Of a DNA stretch of 24,000 bases, positions 1 through 9,163 are shown in pieces. Each line of letters starts with the position of its first letter. Within the stretch, counting starts at the first letter, position 1. A program made the position numbers and the translations under genes. The stretch is from Aeromonas phage phiAS5: sequence record HM452126.1. One strand, written 5' to 3'. The notes under the pieces are model-generated. The model did not search any database, had not been told where the DNA came from, and was given only the letters and a program-made list of their open reading frames with translations.

Positions 1-168
1 ATTGCTCAAGATCTTGAGAAAGTATTGCCAGAAGCGATTGGTAGTTTTAAAAATACTGCTGGTGAAGAGTATCTGACTGTTTCTAACTCTGGTGTTAATG
101 CACTATTGGTAGAAGCTATCAAAGAACTTAAAGCCGAAATCGAAGAACTTAAATCTAAACTTAACTAA
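1..168 (+). CDS. 3' end of a tail fiber/tailspike-type protein with C-terminal peptidase S74-like intramolecular chaperone (5' truncated)
   Basis: Frame 1 is open from base 1 to TAA 166-168: IAQDLEKVLPEAIGSF...LTVSNSGVNALLVEAIKELKAEIEELKSKLN, typical of the C-terminus of S74 chaperone domains (Q-DLEKVLPE... coiled-coil tail). Confidence 0.8.
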   Translation: MAQDLEKVLPEAIGSFKNTAGEEYLTVSNSGVNALLVEAIKELKAEIEELKSKLN

Positions 169-201
169 GGAGGACGGGGAGAAATCCCCGTTTAAATTAT
201 G
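166..201 (+). promoter_or_regulatory. Translation initiation site with SD (TAAGGAGG, 166-173) separated from ATG 199 by a perfect 7-bp hairpin with GAAA tetraloop
   Basis: ACGGGGA(174-180)-GAAA-TCCCCGT(185-191), then 7 nt to ATG. No SD lies immediately upstream of the ATG. Confidence 0.7.
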
Positions 202-639
202 GTAGCATTACCGTTTTGGCTTAGCACGGCCAATACAGAATTAAGAGCCAATGGATGGGCTAGCAACATGAGAACACAAGCGGGTTTGCCTGCTGCTGGA
301 TTTATGAGTCAGTTGGTAAATAAAACCGCGATCAGTTTGATTGCTGCACCAAGTAGAACTAGCTCAATGCCAGTTTATTTCTCATACGTAGGTGGAAAAG
401 TTATTATGGAAGTTCCAACATATAACTTGAAACAAGAGATTATACTCGGCATGCCATATGTAAATATTACATGGACTGGTCCAGTAGAAGCACAGGGATA
501 TCATGGTGGATGGCAGAGAATGGATGCTGGAATGATTAAAATGGTGAAAACAGTTCAAGCGACGACAGAATTTGTTATTACGTTTTCTAGCTCACCAGAT
601 GGAACAACATCAAGACATCAGTGGACGTTTAAAAACTAA
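199..639 (+). CDS. Small protein downstream of fiber gene, 146 aa, unknown function (possible tail/fiber accessory)
   Basis: ORF with position between two fiber genes, followed directly by a terminator. Confidence 0.75.
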   Translation: MVALPFWLSTANTELRANGWASNMRTQAGLPAAGFMSQLVNKTAISLIAAPSRTSSMPVYFSYVGGKVIMEVPTYNLKQEIILGMPYVNITWTGPVEAQGYHGGWQRMDAGMIKMVKTVQATTEFVITFSSSPDGTTSRHQWTFKN

Positions 640-660
640 GGCACCTTCGGGTGCCTTTTT
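640..660 (+). terminator. Rho-independent terminator
   Basis: GGCACC-TTCG-GGTGCC-TTTTT. Confidence 0.9.
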
Positions 661-661
661 G

Positions 662-668
662 CTAAATA
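662..668 (+). promoter_or_regulatory. Candidate T4-superfamily-type late promoter element CTAAATA
   Basis: CTAAATACTG about 27 nt upstream of the tail fiber ATG at 695, directly after the upstream terminator. Confidence 0.4.
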
Positions 669-694
669 CTGCTATAAACTGAGAGGAGTCTATA

Positions 695-3600
695 ATGGCA
701 GACCTTAAATTAGGATCACAAATCGGAGGTAATCTGATTTGGCACCAGGGCATTCTTGAGCTAAACCCTCTTGATGATAGCCTGTTTTATAAAGAATTCG
801 ATGTGATCACCTCAAAGGGCGGTCAGACAATTAATGGCGGTATTAATCTAAAAGGCGATATCGTTACAACTGGAAAAGTTATTGCAGTCGGCAATGATGT
901 GGGTTGGGGACAAGCACCAAACGCAGCATTCAACATGGACAAAGATAACACAGCTGGTGCTCACTGGCTTATTGCAAGTCGTAAAGCAGATGGAACCCCG
1001 CGCTCTGGTATTCAAGTTCTTACAAACGATGTTGGCGAAGTTAGAATTTACACAAACAAAAACGCTAACTATGTCGGATTCCGAGATGGCCAAGTTTTTA
1101 TCCCTGCAACGACGCCATCGGCAGCGTCTCACGCAGCTCGGAAAGATTATGTAGATCGTGAAGTTGATAAAGCGATGCAGTTCGCAGAAACAACTACCGA
1201 TAAACTCACTGCTGATCTGGCTACCGCAAATACCAAGATTGATACCCTTGATGCACAGAATGTAAAGATTACTGGCGCTCAATCAATCGCTGGAACAAAG
1301 ACATTTACCGACCCCGTTGTTTTGGAAGATCAGCCAACTGCTGATACTCATGCAGCAAACAAGAAATACGTCGATACCAAAGTCGGTACTGCGGTCCAAG
1401 GCATTGCGACTACTGCACCATTGACTACTACTGGAGGCGTCAATCCAACGCTGGCCATCACGGCTGCTTCGCGCACTGCTTCCGGTTCTATGAGTGCTCA
1501 AGACAAAGTTAAACTAGACGATCTTCCAGCCGACGCTTTGAGCCGTTCTGGTGGTAACATGAAGAACGGTGGATATATCAACATCGAAGGTGTTGGTGGA
1601 TTGCGTTCATTGTATAACAGCAAGACATATTCTATTATGCGAGATCATAATAACGGCAACGTTACTTTAGGCGCTGCTAGTGGTGATCTGTATTTGGGAT
1701 ATAATACAACTGCCGAAGAATATACAACAAAAAACGTTGTATTGCATCAAGCAATGAAATGGAATGCGGGTAATGGACGAGTTCTGGTTGATACAGATGG
1801 ATTTATTCCATGGGCTTCTATCAAAGATAAAGTTGGTCTAGAAGGTAAGACTAAGAATATCAGGGGTCCAATCAACTTTGACGAATACGAGTCAACCGGT
1901 TTTTATAACTTGTATTTGGCACGTGCAACTGGATCAGTTAATCCTCCTCCATTGGATTACGGTACAATGTTTGTTATTGGCTCAGATAAAGACGCTAATA
2001 CCTTCGTGACTCAAATCGCGACAGATAGAACACAAGGCTCCACATACATCAGAACTAGAAATGATGGTACAATGGCTTGGACACCTTGGGTAAAACAAAT
2101 CGATGAACGTGGCGGAGATGTTGATAAACTAAAAGTGAATCAAGATCTAGTAGTAGGAAACGGAATCGAAGTAGCGGCAACATCCGTCGTTCATACTGTA
2201 AAAGCATTAGGAAATACAGCGGATGCTAAACCTTCTCTAATTCTTCTTGCGAAGCGTTCTAGTTCTACTCCTATTGAGAAAAATGGATTTATAGGAAAAA
2301 TTATTTTCAATCGCGGTGCTACTACCTCTAATTTGCAAAGTGATTATGCAGAAGTTGCAGTATATAGCGGATATACCGAACAGTATGCAAGGATCCATTA
2401 TCTATCCGGCGCAAAAACATCTGGCACAAAACTGGTATATCATACATACAACGGCGTTGAATATATTGCGCTGTATCGTTCCGCAATTAGTATGGCACAT
2501 GTTGTAGTTGATGGACTTAGATATGGAGCACATCCGATACTTATTCCAGACGCAACCGGATTGACAGTTACCGACATTAGTGTCAGAGAAGAGATTCTTA
2601 GTCTTCATAATCTACCGACAAATGATGATTTAAATCTAGTGTCTCGCGCTGGTGATGCTATGACAGGAACACTGACTGCTGCTAAAATCAAAAACTCAAT
2701 TATGGTGAATGATAAAGGTAGTATTAGTTTCCAAGATGCGGCAGATACAAGATTCCATTTGGCATCAGAATCAAACTCTCTTACTTTGAGTCACGGCAAC
2801 GAAGGACAAAACGCTCTTGTTTCTTTCCTTGGTGATGGATCTATTAACGCAACTGGACCAGTTGTAGCAACTGCATTCAGATCTTCTGGTGATTATGGTT
2901 TCGTTCGTTCGACTAATAGCACTCAAGGTATGTTTGTTGGTGCAGACGGTAGAACTATTATCGGTGGCGGAGCTGGTGCAACAGGAACAATCCATTTGCG
3001 TCCTCAAGGCATAGGAACAACAACAGTTGAAACTATTATCGCGAATGATGGTACTATTACACTGGGCAAACAGGGAACGGCTGCTGGACATCTAGTTAAT
3101 AAGGCATATGTTGACGCAGTAGACGCGAAGAACGTTGCGAAAGCCGGCGATTCAATGACTGGTGCATTAAACAACACCAAAGCGTTTGTCTCGAATGATT
3201 ATATCATGGTAGACAAGAACTCCAAGAAGTTGGCATTGGAAATTGATTCCGGTACATCTAAGATTCCTTATATTAGCGTCGATGCTACTTATAGAGCATT
3301 AGAATTTTTGCCTAATAGAAGGGTACTGGCAACACATGGATATGAAGTCGGAGGAACTAATTCCACTTCCGAATATTTCTTTACTCCATTATCTGGAGTA
3401 TCAACTGATTGGGCAAGAGGATTTACTGCTATTGAGACCGATGGTTCAAGAAAAGCGGCATTTGGATTCCACGGAAAGCCAACCGGAGAAATTGATTTCA
3501 TTTATCTTGGAGTTGGTGCTGCTCCTTGGAATGCCAACGCAGGTATTCAAATCAACGCTAACAATCAGATGTTGATGAAAGATGGACAATCCGGCGCTGC

Positions 3601-4690
3601 TACATTCGGCGCGGGCGCGAGTGCTTTGTTTATCAATAATACATCAAACGCTTGGTTCCATATTAACAGACAAACCGGAAAAGGATTTGAAGGACTTGCT
3701 ATTTCCGATGGCGTTGCTCCCAGTGAAACTAACCCAATCGCTGTATTTGAAGCTAGTAAAATACTATTGCGTAGACCAACATATGTGTATGGTAATGGTC
3801 AATTCCAGATTAACACAGGCGGTAATCCAGTATTAGAATTTCATGTTCCTGGAAAACACGCTCGTATTGTATGGCTTGATAATACAACAGGCGATTTGAA
3901 CTTTGGTCAGTCGAATGGTTCATTTGGTGAAGCGAAACGATACATGCAAATGCGAGCAGAGGGAACCGGATTGACTATGTATGGAACTAACTGGGCAGCC
4001 GGTGGTTCACACGCATATGCAGATCAATGGGCAAGAGAAGCTCCTATTCAAATTGATTTTGGAGCCGTGGCTGGTTCGTCTGATTATTATCAAATCGTGA
4101 AGGGACGTTCCGTTGTTTCGGGTGTTGGATATACAACTGACGTTGAACTTGGAGTATTGCGTTCTGGCAACGTTTGGGGTCAAGGTATTATTCGGGTTGG
4201 TTCCGGTGAAAGTGGTACTAAAGGAACAATGGGAATTTATACTTTTGATATCAGTGGTAACTTTAGATCTCCGGGTGGAGTATACGGAGGAACTGGAGTA
4301 TATGATTCTGGTGACCGCGTATATTCTGTAAATAACCCGCCGCCGTCAAACACGCACACACACAATAATATCAGAGCTACTAGCGCAGTCACGATATTTG
4401 ATGGGGATGTTGGTGGAGGAAACTTCGCATTAACTCGTCCATGGACAGACTTTGACATGATAATGTTTGTTGTTGGCTGGGATGATATGGGATTAGTTAG
4501 TCCGAAAACATTCACTAGATATGATCTAGAATATCTACAAGCAATTGGTTGGAACTACGATATTTCTGGTGGTTCGGGTGGATTAGGTTGGGGCGGAAGA
4601 TTCTCTGCTGATAACCGGACATTCGTTACCGCTTGGGAAAATGGTAGAGTTCGAAAAGTTGTCGGATATAATCTGAGAACCGTTAACTAA
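695..4690 (+). CDS. Large tail fiber protein, 1331 aa
   Basis: SD GAGGAG; repeated phage-fiber motifs (SHAARKDYVD, THAANKKYVD, GHLVNKAYVD; AGDAMTG/AGDSMTG); knob-like segment NLYLARATGSVNPPP...MAWTPWVKQID; HTHNN near the C-terminus. Confidence 0.9.
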   Translation: MADLKLGSQIGGNLIWHQGILELNPLDDSLFYKEFDVITSKGGQTINGGINLKGDIVTTGKVIAVGNDVGWGQAPNAAFNMDKDNTAGAHWLIASRKADGTPRSGIQVLTNDVGEVRIYTNKNANYVGFRDGQVFIPATTPSAASHAARKDYVDREVDKAMQFAETTTDKLTADLATANTKIDTLDAQNVKITGAQSIAGTKTFTDPVVLEDQPTADTHAANKKYVDTKVGTAVQGIATTAPLTTTGGVNPTLAITAASRTASGSMSAQDKVKLDDLPADALSRSGGNMKNGGYINIEGVGGLRSLYNSKTYSIMRDHNNGNVTLGAASGDLYLGYNTTAEEYTTKNVVLHQAMKWNAGNGRVLVDTDGFIPWASIKDKVGLEGKTKNIRGPINFDEYESTGFYNLYLARATGSVNPPPLDYGTMFVIGSDKDANTFVTQIATDRTQGSTYIRTRNDGTMAWTPWVKQIDERGGDVDKLKVNQDLVVGNGIEVAATSVVHTVKALGNTADAKPSLILLAKRSSSTPIEKNGFIGKIIFNRGATTSNLQSDYAEVAVYSGYTEQYARIHYLSGAKTSGTKLVYHTYNGVEYIALYRSAISMAHVVVDGLRYGAHPILIPDATGLTVTDISVREEILSLHNLPTNDDLNLVSRAGDAMTGTLTAAKIKNSIMVNDKGSISFQDAADTRFHLASESNSLTLSHGNEGQNALVSFLGDGSINATGPVVATAFRSSGDYGFVRSTNSTQGMFVGADGRTIIGGGAGATGTIHLRPQGIGTTTVETIIANDGTITLGKQGTAAGHLVNKAYVDAVDAKNVAKAGDSMTGALNNTKAFVSNDYIMVDKNSKKLALEIDSGTSKIPYISVDATYRALEFLPNRRVLATHGYEVGGTNSTSEYFFTPLSGVSTDWARGFTAIETDGSRKAAFGFHGKPTGEIDFIYLGVGAAPWNANAGIQINANNQMLMKDGQSGAATFGAGASALFINNTSNAWFHINRQTGKGFEGLAISDGVAPSETNPIAVFEASKILLRRPTYVYGNGQFQINTGGNPVLEFHVPGKHARIVWLDNTTGDLNFGQSNGSFGEAKRYMQMRAEGTGLTMYGTNWAAGGSHAYADQWAREAPIQIDFGAVAGSSDYYQIVKGRSVVSGVGYTTDVELGVLRSGNVWGQGIIRVGSGESGTKGTMGIYTFDISGNFRSPGGVYGGTGVYDSGDRVYSVNNPPPSNTHTHNNIRATSAVTIFDGDVGGGNFALTRPWTDFDMIMFVVGWDDMGLVSPKTFTRYDLEYLQAIGWNYDISGGSGGLGWGGRFSADNRTFVTAWENGRVRKVVGYNLRTVN

Positions 4691-4700
4691 ATAATAAACT

Positions 4701-4720
4701 AAGGGGCTTCGGCCCCTTTT
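4701..4720 (+). terminator. Rho-independent terminator
   Basis: GGGGC-TTCG-GCCCC-TTTT after the tail fiber gene. Confidence 0.9.
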
Positions 4721-4738
4721 ATTTTTAAAGGAGATAAA

Positions 4739-5266
4739 ATGAAAGTTATTTTAAGAATGCTACAGCATATTGTTTTGCTGCCTATTCACTTATTCATGTG
4801 CCTAACGTGCTGGATCTTATCACCAGTGCTTCCTTTGTTTGCGATAAATAAAGAGACGCTACCAAACTGGTTGAGCTGGTATCAAACTCCAGACGCTCCA
4901 CTAGATGGCGATAGCGGTCACGTAGAACGTTGCCAAGGATATCCTCGTTATATTCAACGAGTATTATGGCTAATTCGAAATCCGGCATATGGATTTGCTT
5001 GGTCTGTTCTTGCATATCAGCCAAAGAGTCCAAAATTTAAATGGCGAGGATCTCTTGGATATACTAAAGGAGACGAAGCCAAGTTTGGCTGGTATTTCAT
5101 CACTCAAGAATGCGGACATTTCCAATTCAGTATGAGATATCCGAGTGTATTTGGGAAACAGTTCAGATTTAGATTTGGATGGAAAATGATTGGGATTGCT
5201 GCTGCTGGGACATGGCGTGAACGGAAGAAATTTGTTTTCACATTGAATCCACTTGACGGAGGCTAA
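4739..5266 (+). CDS. Conserved phage hypothetical protein with hydrophobic N-terminus, 175 aa
   Basis: SD AAAGGAGATAAA; stop abuts the start of the lysozyme gene. Confidence 0.8.
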   Translation: MKVILRMLQHIVLLPIHLFMCLTCWILSPVLPLFAINKETLPNWLSWYQTPDAPLDGDSGHVERCQGYPRYIQRVLWLIRNPAYGFAWSVLAYQPKSPKFKWRGSLGYTKGDEAKFGWYFITQECGHFQFSMRYPSVFGKQFRFRFGWKMIGIAAAGTWRERKKFVFTLNPLDGG

Positions 5267-5764
5267 ATGCTTGCACAAATGCTAAAGCAAGATGAAGGTT
5301 ATAAAGAGACTGTATATTGGGACACAGAAGGATATCCCACTATCGGAATCGGACACCTCATCATGCGTAAAAGAACAAAAGATATGGGAGAGATTAATCG
5401 CGAATTAAGTTCCCATGTTGGAAGAAATATTAAAGACGGTAAGATCAGTGCAAACGAAGTATTGGCTTTGTTTGAACGAGACATGGACGTTGTTAGACGT
5501 TCAATCGCGAATTATGCCGCATTGTCCGGTGTATACGACACTTTAGACACGGTGCGCAAGAATGCCATTGAGAACATGGTATTTCAAATGGGGGCGCTTG
5601 GTGTGTCGAAATTCCCTAGTATGCTAAGAGCACTTCGAAACAAGGATTGGAACGAAGCATATCGCCAAGCACTCAACAGTGCATGGGCAAAACAAACGCC
5701 AAATCGCGCCAATCGCGTGGCCAGCGTTTTGAAGCTCGGCAGCTATGCTCCCTATGGCTTCTAA
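5267..5764 (+). CDS. Endolysin, T4-type GH24 muramidase, 165 aa
   Basis: EGYKETVYWDTEGYPTIGIGH has E10/D19/T25 with the same spacing as T4 lysozyme E11/D20/T26. Confidence 0.93.
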   Translation: MLAQMLKQDEGYKETVYWDTEGYPTIGIGHLIMRKRTKDMGEINRELSSHVGRNIKDGKISANEVLALFERDMDVVRRSIANYAALSGVYDTLDTVRKNAIENMVFQMGALGVSKFPSMLRALRNKDWNEAYRQALNSAWAKQTPNRANRVASVLKLGSYAPYGF

Positions 5765-6092
5765 TCAGGAATCTCGGATATTCTCGTTGGGAGAGTGGTC
5801 AACGCTTCTTAGTGTTATCGTTATTGTTACGGTAGCTGCGGCAGGTGCGATGACTGCGATCTATCGTTTAGGACAGATAGAATCGGCACAGGAGAAAATG
5901 GAAAGTCGAATTGTGTCAATCGAAAATCGAGTAAACGAAATGAATACCGTAGATAGTAATCAAGATACCAAGATTGAATATCTACAGAAGCAACAAGAGA
6001 AGACAAACGAAATAACGGAAAAGATGAATGATACCCTGAATAACTTGAATGTGAGTATAAACAAGTTGCAGGTAGCCATTGATCGGAAGTAA
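5754..6092 (+). CDS. Single-TM plus coiled-coil small protein, 112 aa (candidate holin/spanin-type lysis accessory)
   Basis: TM segment LLSVIVIVTVAAAGAMTAIY followed by a charged coiled-coil. It starts inside the 3' end of the lysozyme gene (the ORF track start at 5745 is 3 codons upstream). Confidence 0.6.
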   Translation: MASNQESRIFSLGEWSTLLSVIVIVTVAAAGAMTAIYRLGQIESAQEKMESRIVSIENRVNEMNTVDSNQDTKIEYLQKQQEKTNEITEKMNDTLNNLNVSINKLQVAIDRK

Positions 6093-6095
6093 ACA

Positions 6096-6126
6096 AAAGG
6101 GAGCCCTCGGGCTCCCTTTCTTTTTA
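6096..6126. terminator. Bidirectional terminator between converging modules
   Basis: AAAGGGAGCC-CTCG-GGCTCCCTTT followed by CTTTTTTT on plus and A-rich upstream flank (T-run on minus). Confidence 0.85.
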
Positions 6127-6417
6127 TGCAAAGTCAACGTGACCGCGTGGTCCCATCATTGCATTCAACATTTCATAGTGTTCTTGCGCGGAGAACTCAG
6201 TCAGCACTTCGGCTCGTTCTTCATCAGTGAGTCTACCGACCATTTGTCTAAAACTCATTTTGGTGAACTCAAGCCCACGTACAGTTCGGAATCCAGCTTC
6301 ATTCAGAAAATCGATAAGATTTTGCTGGGTATCCAATATTTCGCCTTCAACTTCCAGTTTGATTAGAAGTGAGACAGTCGCGATGATATCTTTAACAAGT
6401 TCCAATTTGGCGTTCAT
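6124..6417 (-). CDS. Hypothetical protein, 97 aa
   Basis: ORF tightly packed in the minus-strand cluster. Confidence 0.7.
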   Translation of the reverse strand: MNAKLELVKDIIATVSLLIKLEVEGEILDTQQNLIDFLNEAGFRTVRGLEFTKMSFRQMVGRLTDEERAEVLTEFSAQEHYEMLNAMMGPRGHVDFA

Positions 6418-6674
6418 ACTACATAGCCTATTTCGCGCAGGGTAATCGCCTCATTTTCGAGTGCGTTACCTCTAAATCTAATTTGGTGTCCGTCATTTAG
6501 CACGATTAGGCTTGACGTAACACGGTTATGAATATCCCGAGTTAAGGTTACGTCAACCTCTGACATCTGATATTTTTCCAGGTCGATTTGAATCGACGTC
6601 TTAACTTCTTGTTCTTGCCAATCGGGTGGCAAACCCTCACAGATCTTTCCTGTGACTAAAGTCATGAGCGGCAC
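6414..6674 (-). CDS. Hypothetical protein, up to 86 aa (ATG start possible at 6665)
   Basis: ORF in the operon; the 6674 start is GTG, while the internal ATG at 6665 shortens overlap with the upstream gene. Confidence 0.6.
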   Translation of the reverse strand: MPLMTLVTGKICEGLPPDWQEQEVKTSIQIDLEKYQMSEVDVTLTRDIHNRVTSSLIVLNDGHQIRFRGNALENEAITLREIGYVV

Positions 6675-6954
6675 GGGTCAGTTTCTCCACAATGTCGTCC
6701 ATGGTAACCAGTTGAATGCCGTCTGCTTGTTTGAATGCAATATCACCGTCGTTTTCCATATGACGGAACATAGCGTTCACACTGTCAAACAGTCGAAACT
6801 TTGTGGAGTATCGATCCTTGATACTCATTAACATACCGAACTGGTCGAGTTCGAAAATGCCATCTGAGATTGTAATCGCGTCGAGCGGTAATGCGTGATT
6901 ATCAGAGTCAACGGCAAACACATGGTTACCACGAAACAGAAAATAACGTTTCAT
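6637..6954 (-). CDS. Hypothetical protein, 105 aa
   Basis: SD GAGG about 8 nt upstream of the ATG. Confidence 0.7.
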   Translation of the reverse strand: MKRYFLFRGNHVFAVDSDNHALPLDAITISDGIFELDQFGMLMSIKDRYSTKFRLFDSVNAMFRHMENDGDIAFKQADGIQLVTMDDIVEKLTRAAHDFSHRKDL

Positions 6955-6980
6955 TTTGTATACCTCAAACCAGAATTGAA

Positions 6981-7106
6981 TTAGTAGTCGATTTTGCCTT
7001 TGTGCTTCATCTTGCGAGCACCGGCGTTTTTGCTTTGCTTCTTGCGATCAACCATGACAACGGCATTGTTGAATTCGCGAGCATGTTTGGCAACAAAGTT
7101 TTGCAT
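6981..7106 (-). CDS. Small basic protein, 41 aa (MQNFVAKHAREFNNAVVMVDRKKQSKNAGARKMKHKGKIDY), not in the ORF track
   Basis: Fills the gap between two operon genes; SD TGAGGTAAAGAA-ATG. Confidence 0.55.
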   Translation of the reverse strand: MQNFVAKHAREFNNAVVMVDRKKQSKNAGARKMKHKGKIDY

Positions 7107-7115
7107 TTCTTTACC

Positions 7116-7550
7116 TCAGTCAATGAATACAAGTATGGTAGCGACAATCACAAAGAAAGTCAACAGTTGAATATTTAGTTGACGTTCGATTTTCTTTCGC
7201 TCGTCTTTGCTGAGACGATCAAACTTTTCAGCGGCAAAATCTGCGATCTCAGTTGCACCATTACCAGACTTGCGGCAGAGGTAATCGAAGATCAGAATAT
7301 GCTTGAACTTGTTGCCTACCGTCTGAATTCTGTTTGCTTCGATTGTATATGTCTTGACATACGCACCGAACATAAACATCGAACCCCAGATTTTCAGACC
7401 AAGTACCCATTCTGTAGGTTCACCCAGCAACATTGCGAAGACGTTAGCGGCGACAATCAATATGCCGAGTAAACCAAACACGCGGCATAGAGAATGCCAC
7501 TCGACTTGCTCTTGCTTCATTGCGCGATTGAGTCGAGTGGCAAGCATCAT
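7116..7550 (-). CDS. Membrane protein, 144 aa, about three hydrophobic segments
   Basis: VFGLLGILIVAANVFAMLL, VLGLKIWGSMFMFGAYV, LLTFFVIVATILVFI; overlaps the upstream gene stop. Confidence 0.7.
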   Translation of the reverse strand: MMLATRLNRAMKQEQVEWHSLCRVFGLLGILIVAANVFAMLLGEPTEWVLGLKIWGSMFMFGAYVKTYTIEANRIQTVGNKFKHILIFDYLCRKSGNGATEIADFAAEKFDRLSKDERKKIERQLNIQLLTFFVIVATILVFID

Positions 7551-7822
7551 TTCAGCAGTTCCTCGAACTTCTGTGCGATACGACCGGCGCGTTCCGCATC
7601 TTGACGCTTGTTGGCTTGACGCTTTTGGATAACGGCGATGTCTTTGTCCAGTTGCTCTACTTGTGCAATATCATCGGCTTGACGCTCTTTCAGCTCGGTA
7701 ACAGTTTGTTCCAGTTGCTCAACAATTGCAGTCAGCGGACGAGGACCGATAGTCAGTTCAGCATCACCTGCGAATTCACGAACACGGCGTTGTGCAGCTT
7801 GCCAGAATGAAAAAATACTCAT
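7547..7822 (-). CDS. Coiled-coil hypothetical protein, 91 aa
   Basis: Heptad-rich VEQLEQTVTELKERQADDIAQVEQLDKDIAVIQKRQ; ATG/TGA overlap with gp52-like gene. Confidence 0.7.
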   Translation of the reverse strand: MSIFSFWQAAQRRVREFAGDAELTIGPRPLTAIVEQLEQTVTELKERQADDIAQVEQLDKDIAVIQKRQANKRQDAERAGRIAQKFEELLK

Positions 7823-9135
7823 TTCAAAAATTCCTTGATGTCAGATTGGTATTGCTTCTTGGGAGAAGTGTTCTTCCAGAAGTCGTTTTCTTTGGTCAAC
7901 TCGGTGACTTGCTTTTCTAGCTTAGTCAATTCGTCTTCCGTCATGTGGTACAAGTTCATTTGCACCAGTTGTTCGGCATAGTCTTTCAGACTATCGAAAG
8001 CTTGAATCTGTTCGATTACTTGCTTGCGAGTCTGTTTATGGAACTTGATCTTCTCGTCTAGCACAAGCTTGATAAACTCTACCTTAGCTTGAGCATATCC
8101 AAGTTTCTCAGTCGTTGCTACAATAGCATTATCGATTCGCTTTTGCAAGATGCCGAAGCGATAATTCACGAAATCAACAATCAGATCAGAAGCTTTTTCG
8201 TATGGCTTCAAATCGCCGTTTTGATCGATTACGCGAATGTATTGTGACACATTCTGAGCCAGTTTGAAAGTCTTAATGATGTTTTCGTGACTGGTATCGA
8301 AATCACGCTTTAGCGTGATCTTGAAACAGAACTCACGATCATCCATTTTGGACTCGTCATAGCCAACAATCTTGTCGGTCTCTACCAGCTTATCCAGTAA
8401 AGTCACATACTTAACGCGATCATATTTTACTGGAATCTCGCTGATTGTCAACTTAGTTTTACCGCTAAGTTCATAACAGCCTTCCAGTGTCCAAGCTTGA
8501 TTCTTATCGACAACAGGAGTGATTTTACCATAGAACAGCGGGAACTGAATCTGTGGTTCATCGCACTTACCAGTTTTAAGAACTTGCTCAACACACTTAG
8601 CAACACTCACCAAGCTATGTGGCAGAATCTTGGTAGCAAATCCAGTTGCAATACCGCTAACACCGTTCAGCAGAACAGTTGGCAGAATCGGCAGATAGTA
8701 GCGTGGGAGTTCAGAACCATCAGCGGTAGACTCTTCCAGCAGCTCCATATCTTTGAACATACTATCGAATTGATCGTGCTTGGTACAGAAGATATAACGC
8801 GCTGCCGCACCTTCTTGCACAGCTCGGGAACCGAAGTTACCTTGACCCTGAATAATAGGGAAGTTGTTGTTCCAAGTAGAAGCCATCAAACATGCGGCAT
8901 CCATGGCAGCAACTTCGCCGTGGTTGTAACCATACTCAGAGATCACACCAGCGATTGCGGCATTCTTTTTGAAAGACTTGCCAGCATTCTTCAACACGCT
9001 ATAAAGAATATAACGTTGTACCGGTTTTAGACCGTCTACCATGCTTGGCAGAGCGCGTTCCTCAATGGTATACATCGCAAATTCTTTTGCTTCGTTATTG
9101 ACTAGACTAGATATTCCACGTTTAGTTACTTGCAT
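7819..9135 (-). CDS. 52: DNA topoisomerase II medium subunit (T4 gp52-like), 438 aa
   Basis: GyrA/ParC family: KPVQRYILYSVLKN, IQGQGNFGSRAVQEGAAARYIF (active-site Tyr), LPTVLLNGVSGIATGFATKILPH. Confidence 0.92.
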   Translation of the reverse strand: MQVTKRGISSLVNNEAKEFAMYTIEERALPSMVDGLKPVQRYILYSVLKNAGKSFKKNAAIAGVISEYGYNHGEVAAMDAACLMASTWNNNFPIIQGQGNFGSRAVQEGAAARYIFCTKHDQFDSMFKDMELLEESTADGSELPRYYLPILPTVLLNGVSGIATGFATKILPHSLVSVAKCVEQVLKTGKCDEPQIQFPLFYGKITPVVDKNQAWTLEGCYELSGKTKLTISEIPVKYDRVKYVTLLDKLVETDKIVGYDESKMDDREFCFKITLKRDFDTSHENIIKTFKLAQNVSQYIRVIDQNGDLKPYEKASDLIVDFVNYRFGILQKRIDNAIVATTEKLGYAQAKVEFIKLVLDEKIKFHKQTRKQVIEQIQAFDSLKDYAEQLVQMNLYHMTEDELTKLEKQVTELTKENDFWKNTSPKKQYQSDIKEFLK

Positions 9136-9163
9136 TCTTTACCTCTTTTCAAACAGTCAGGAT

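Noticed and set aside
848-1282. 144-aa and other minus-strand ORFs inside the tail fiber gene
   Set aside because: Cys/Ser/Thr-rich translation typical of antisense to fiber sequence; no initiation signals.
1108-3131. Repeated 'AxxKxYVD' segments as possible mobile or CRISPR-like repeats
   Set aside because: Divergent at the DNA level and in frame; ordinary phage fiber protein repeats.
2316-3836. Alternative plus-frame ORFs within the tail fiber
   Set aside because: The 1331-aa frame is continuous; alternatives lack RBS and domains.
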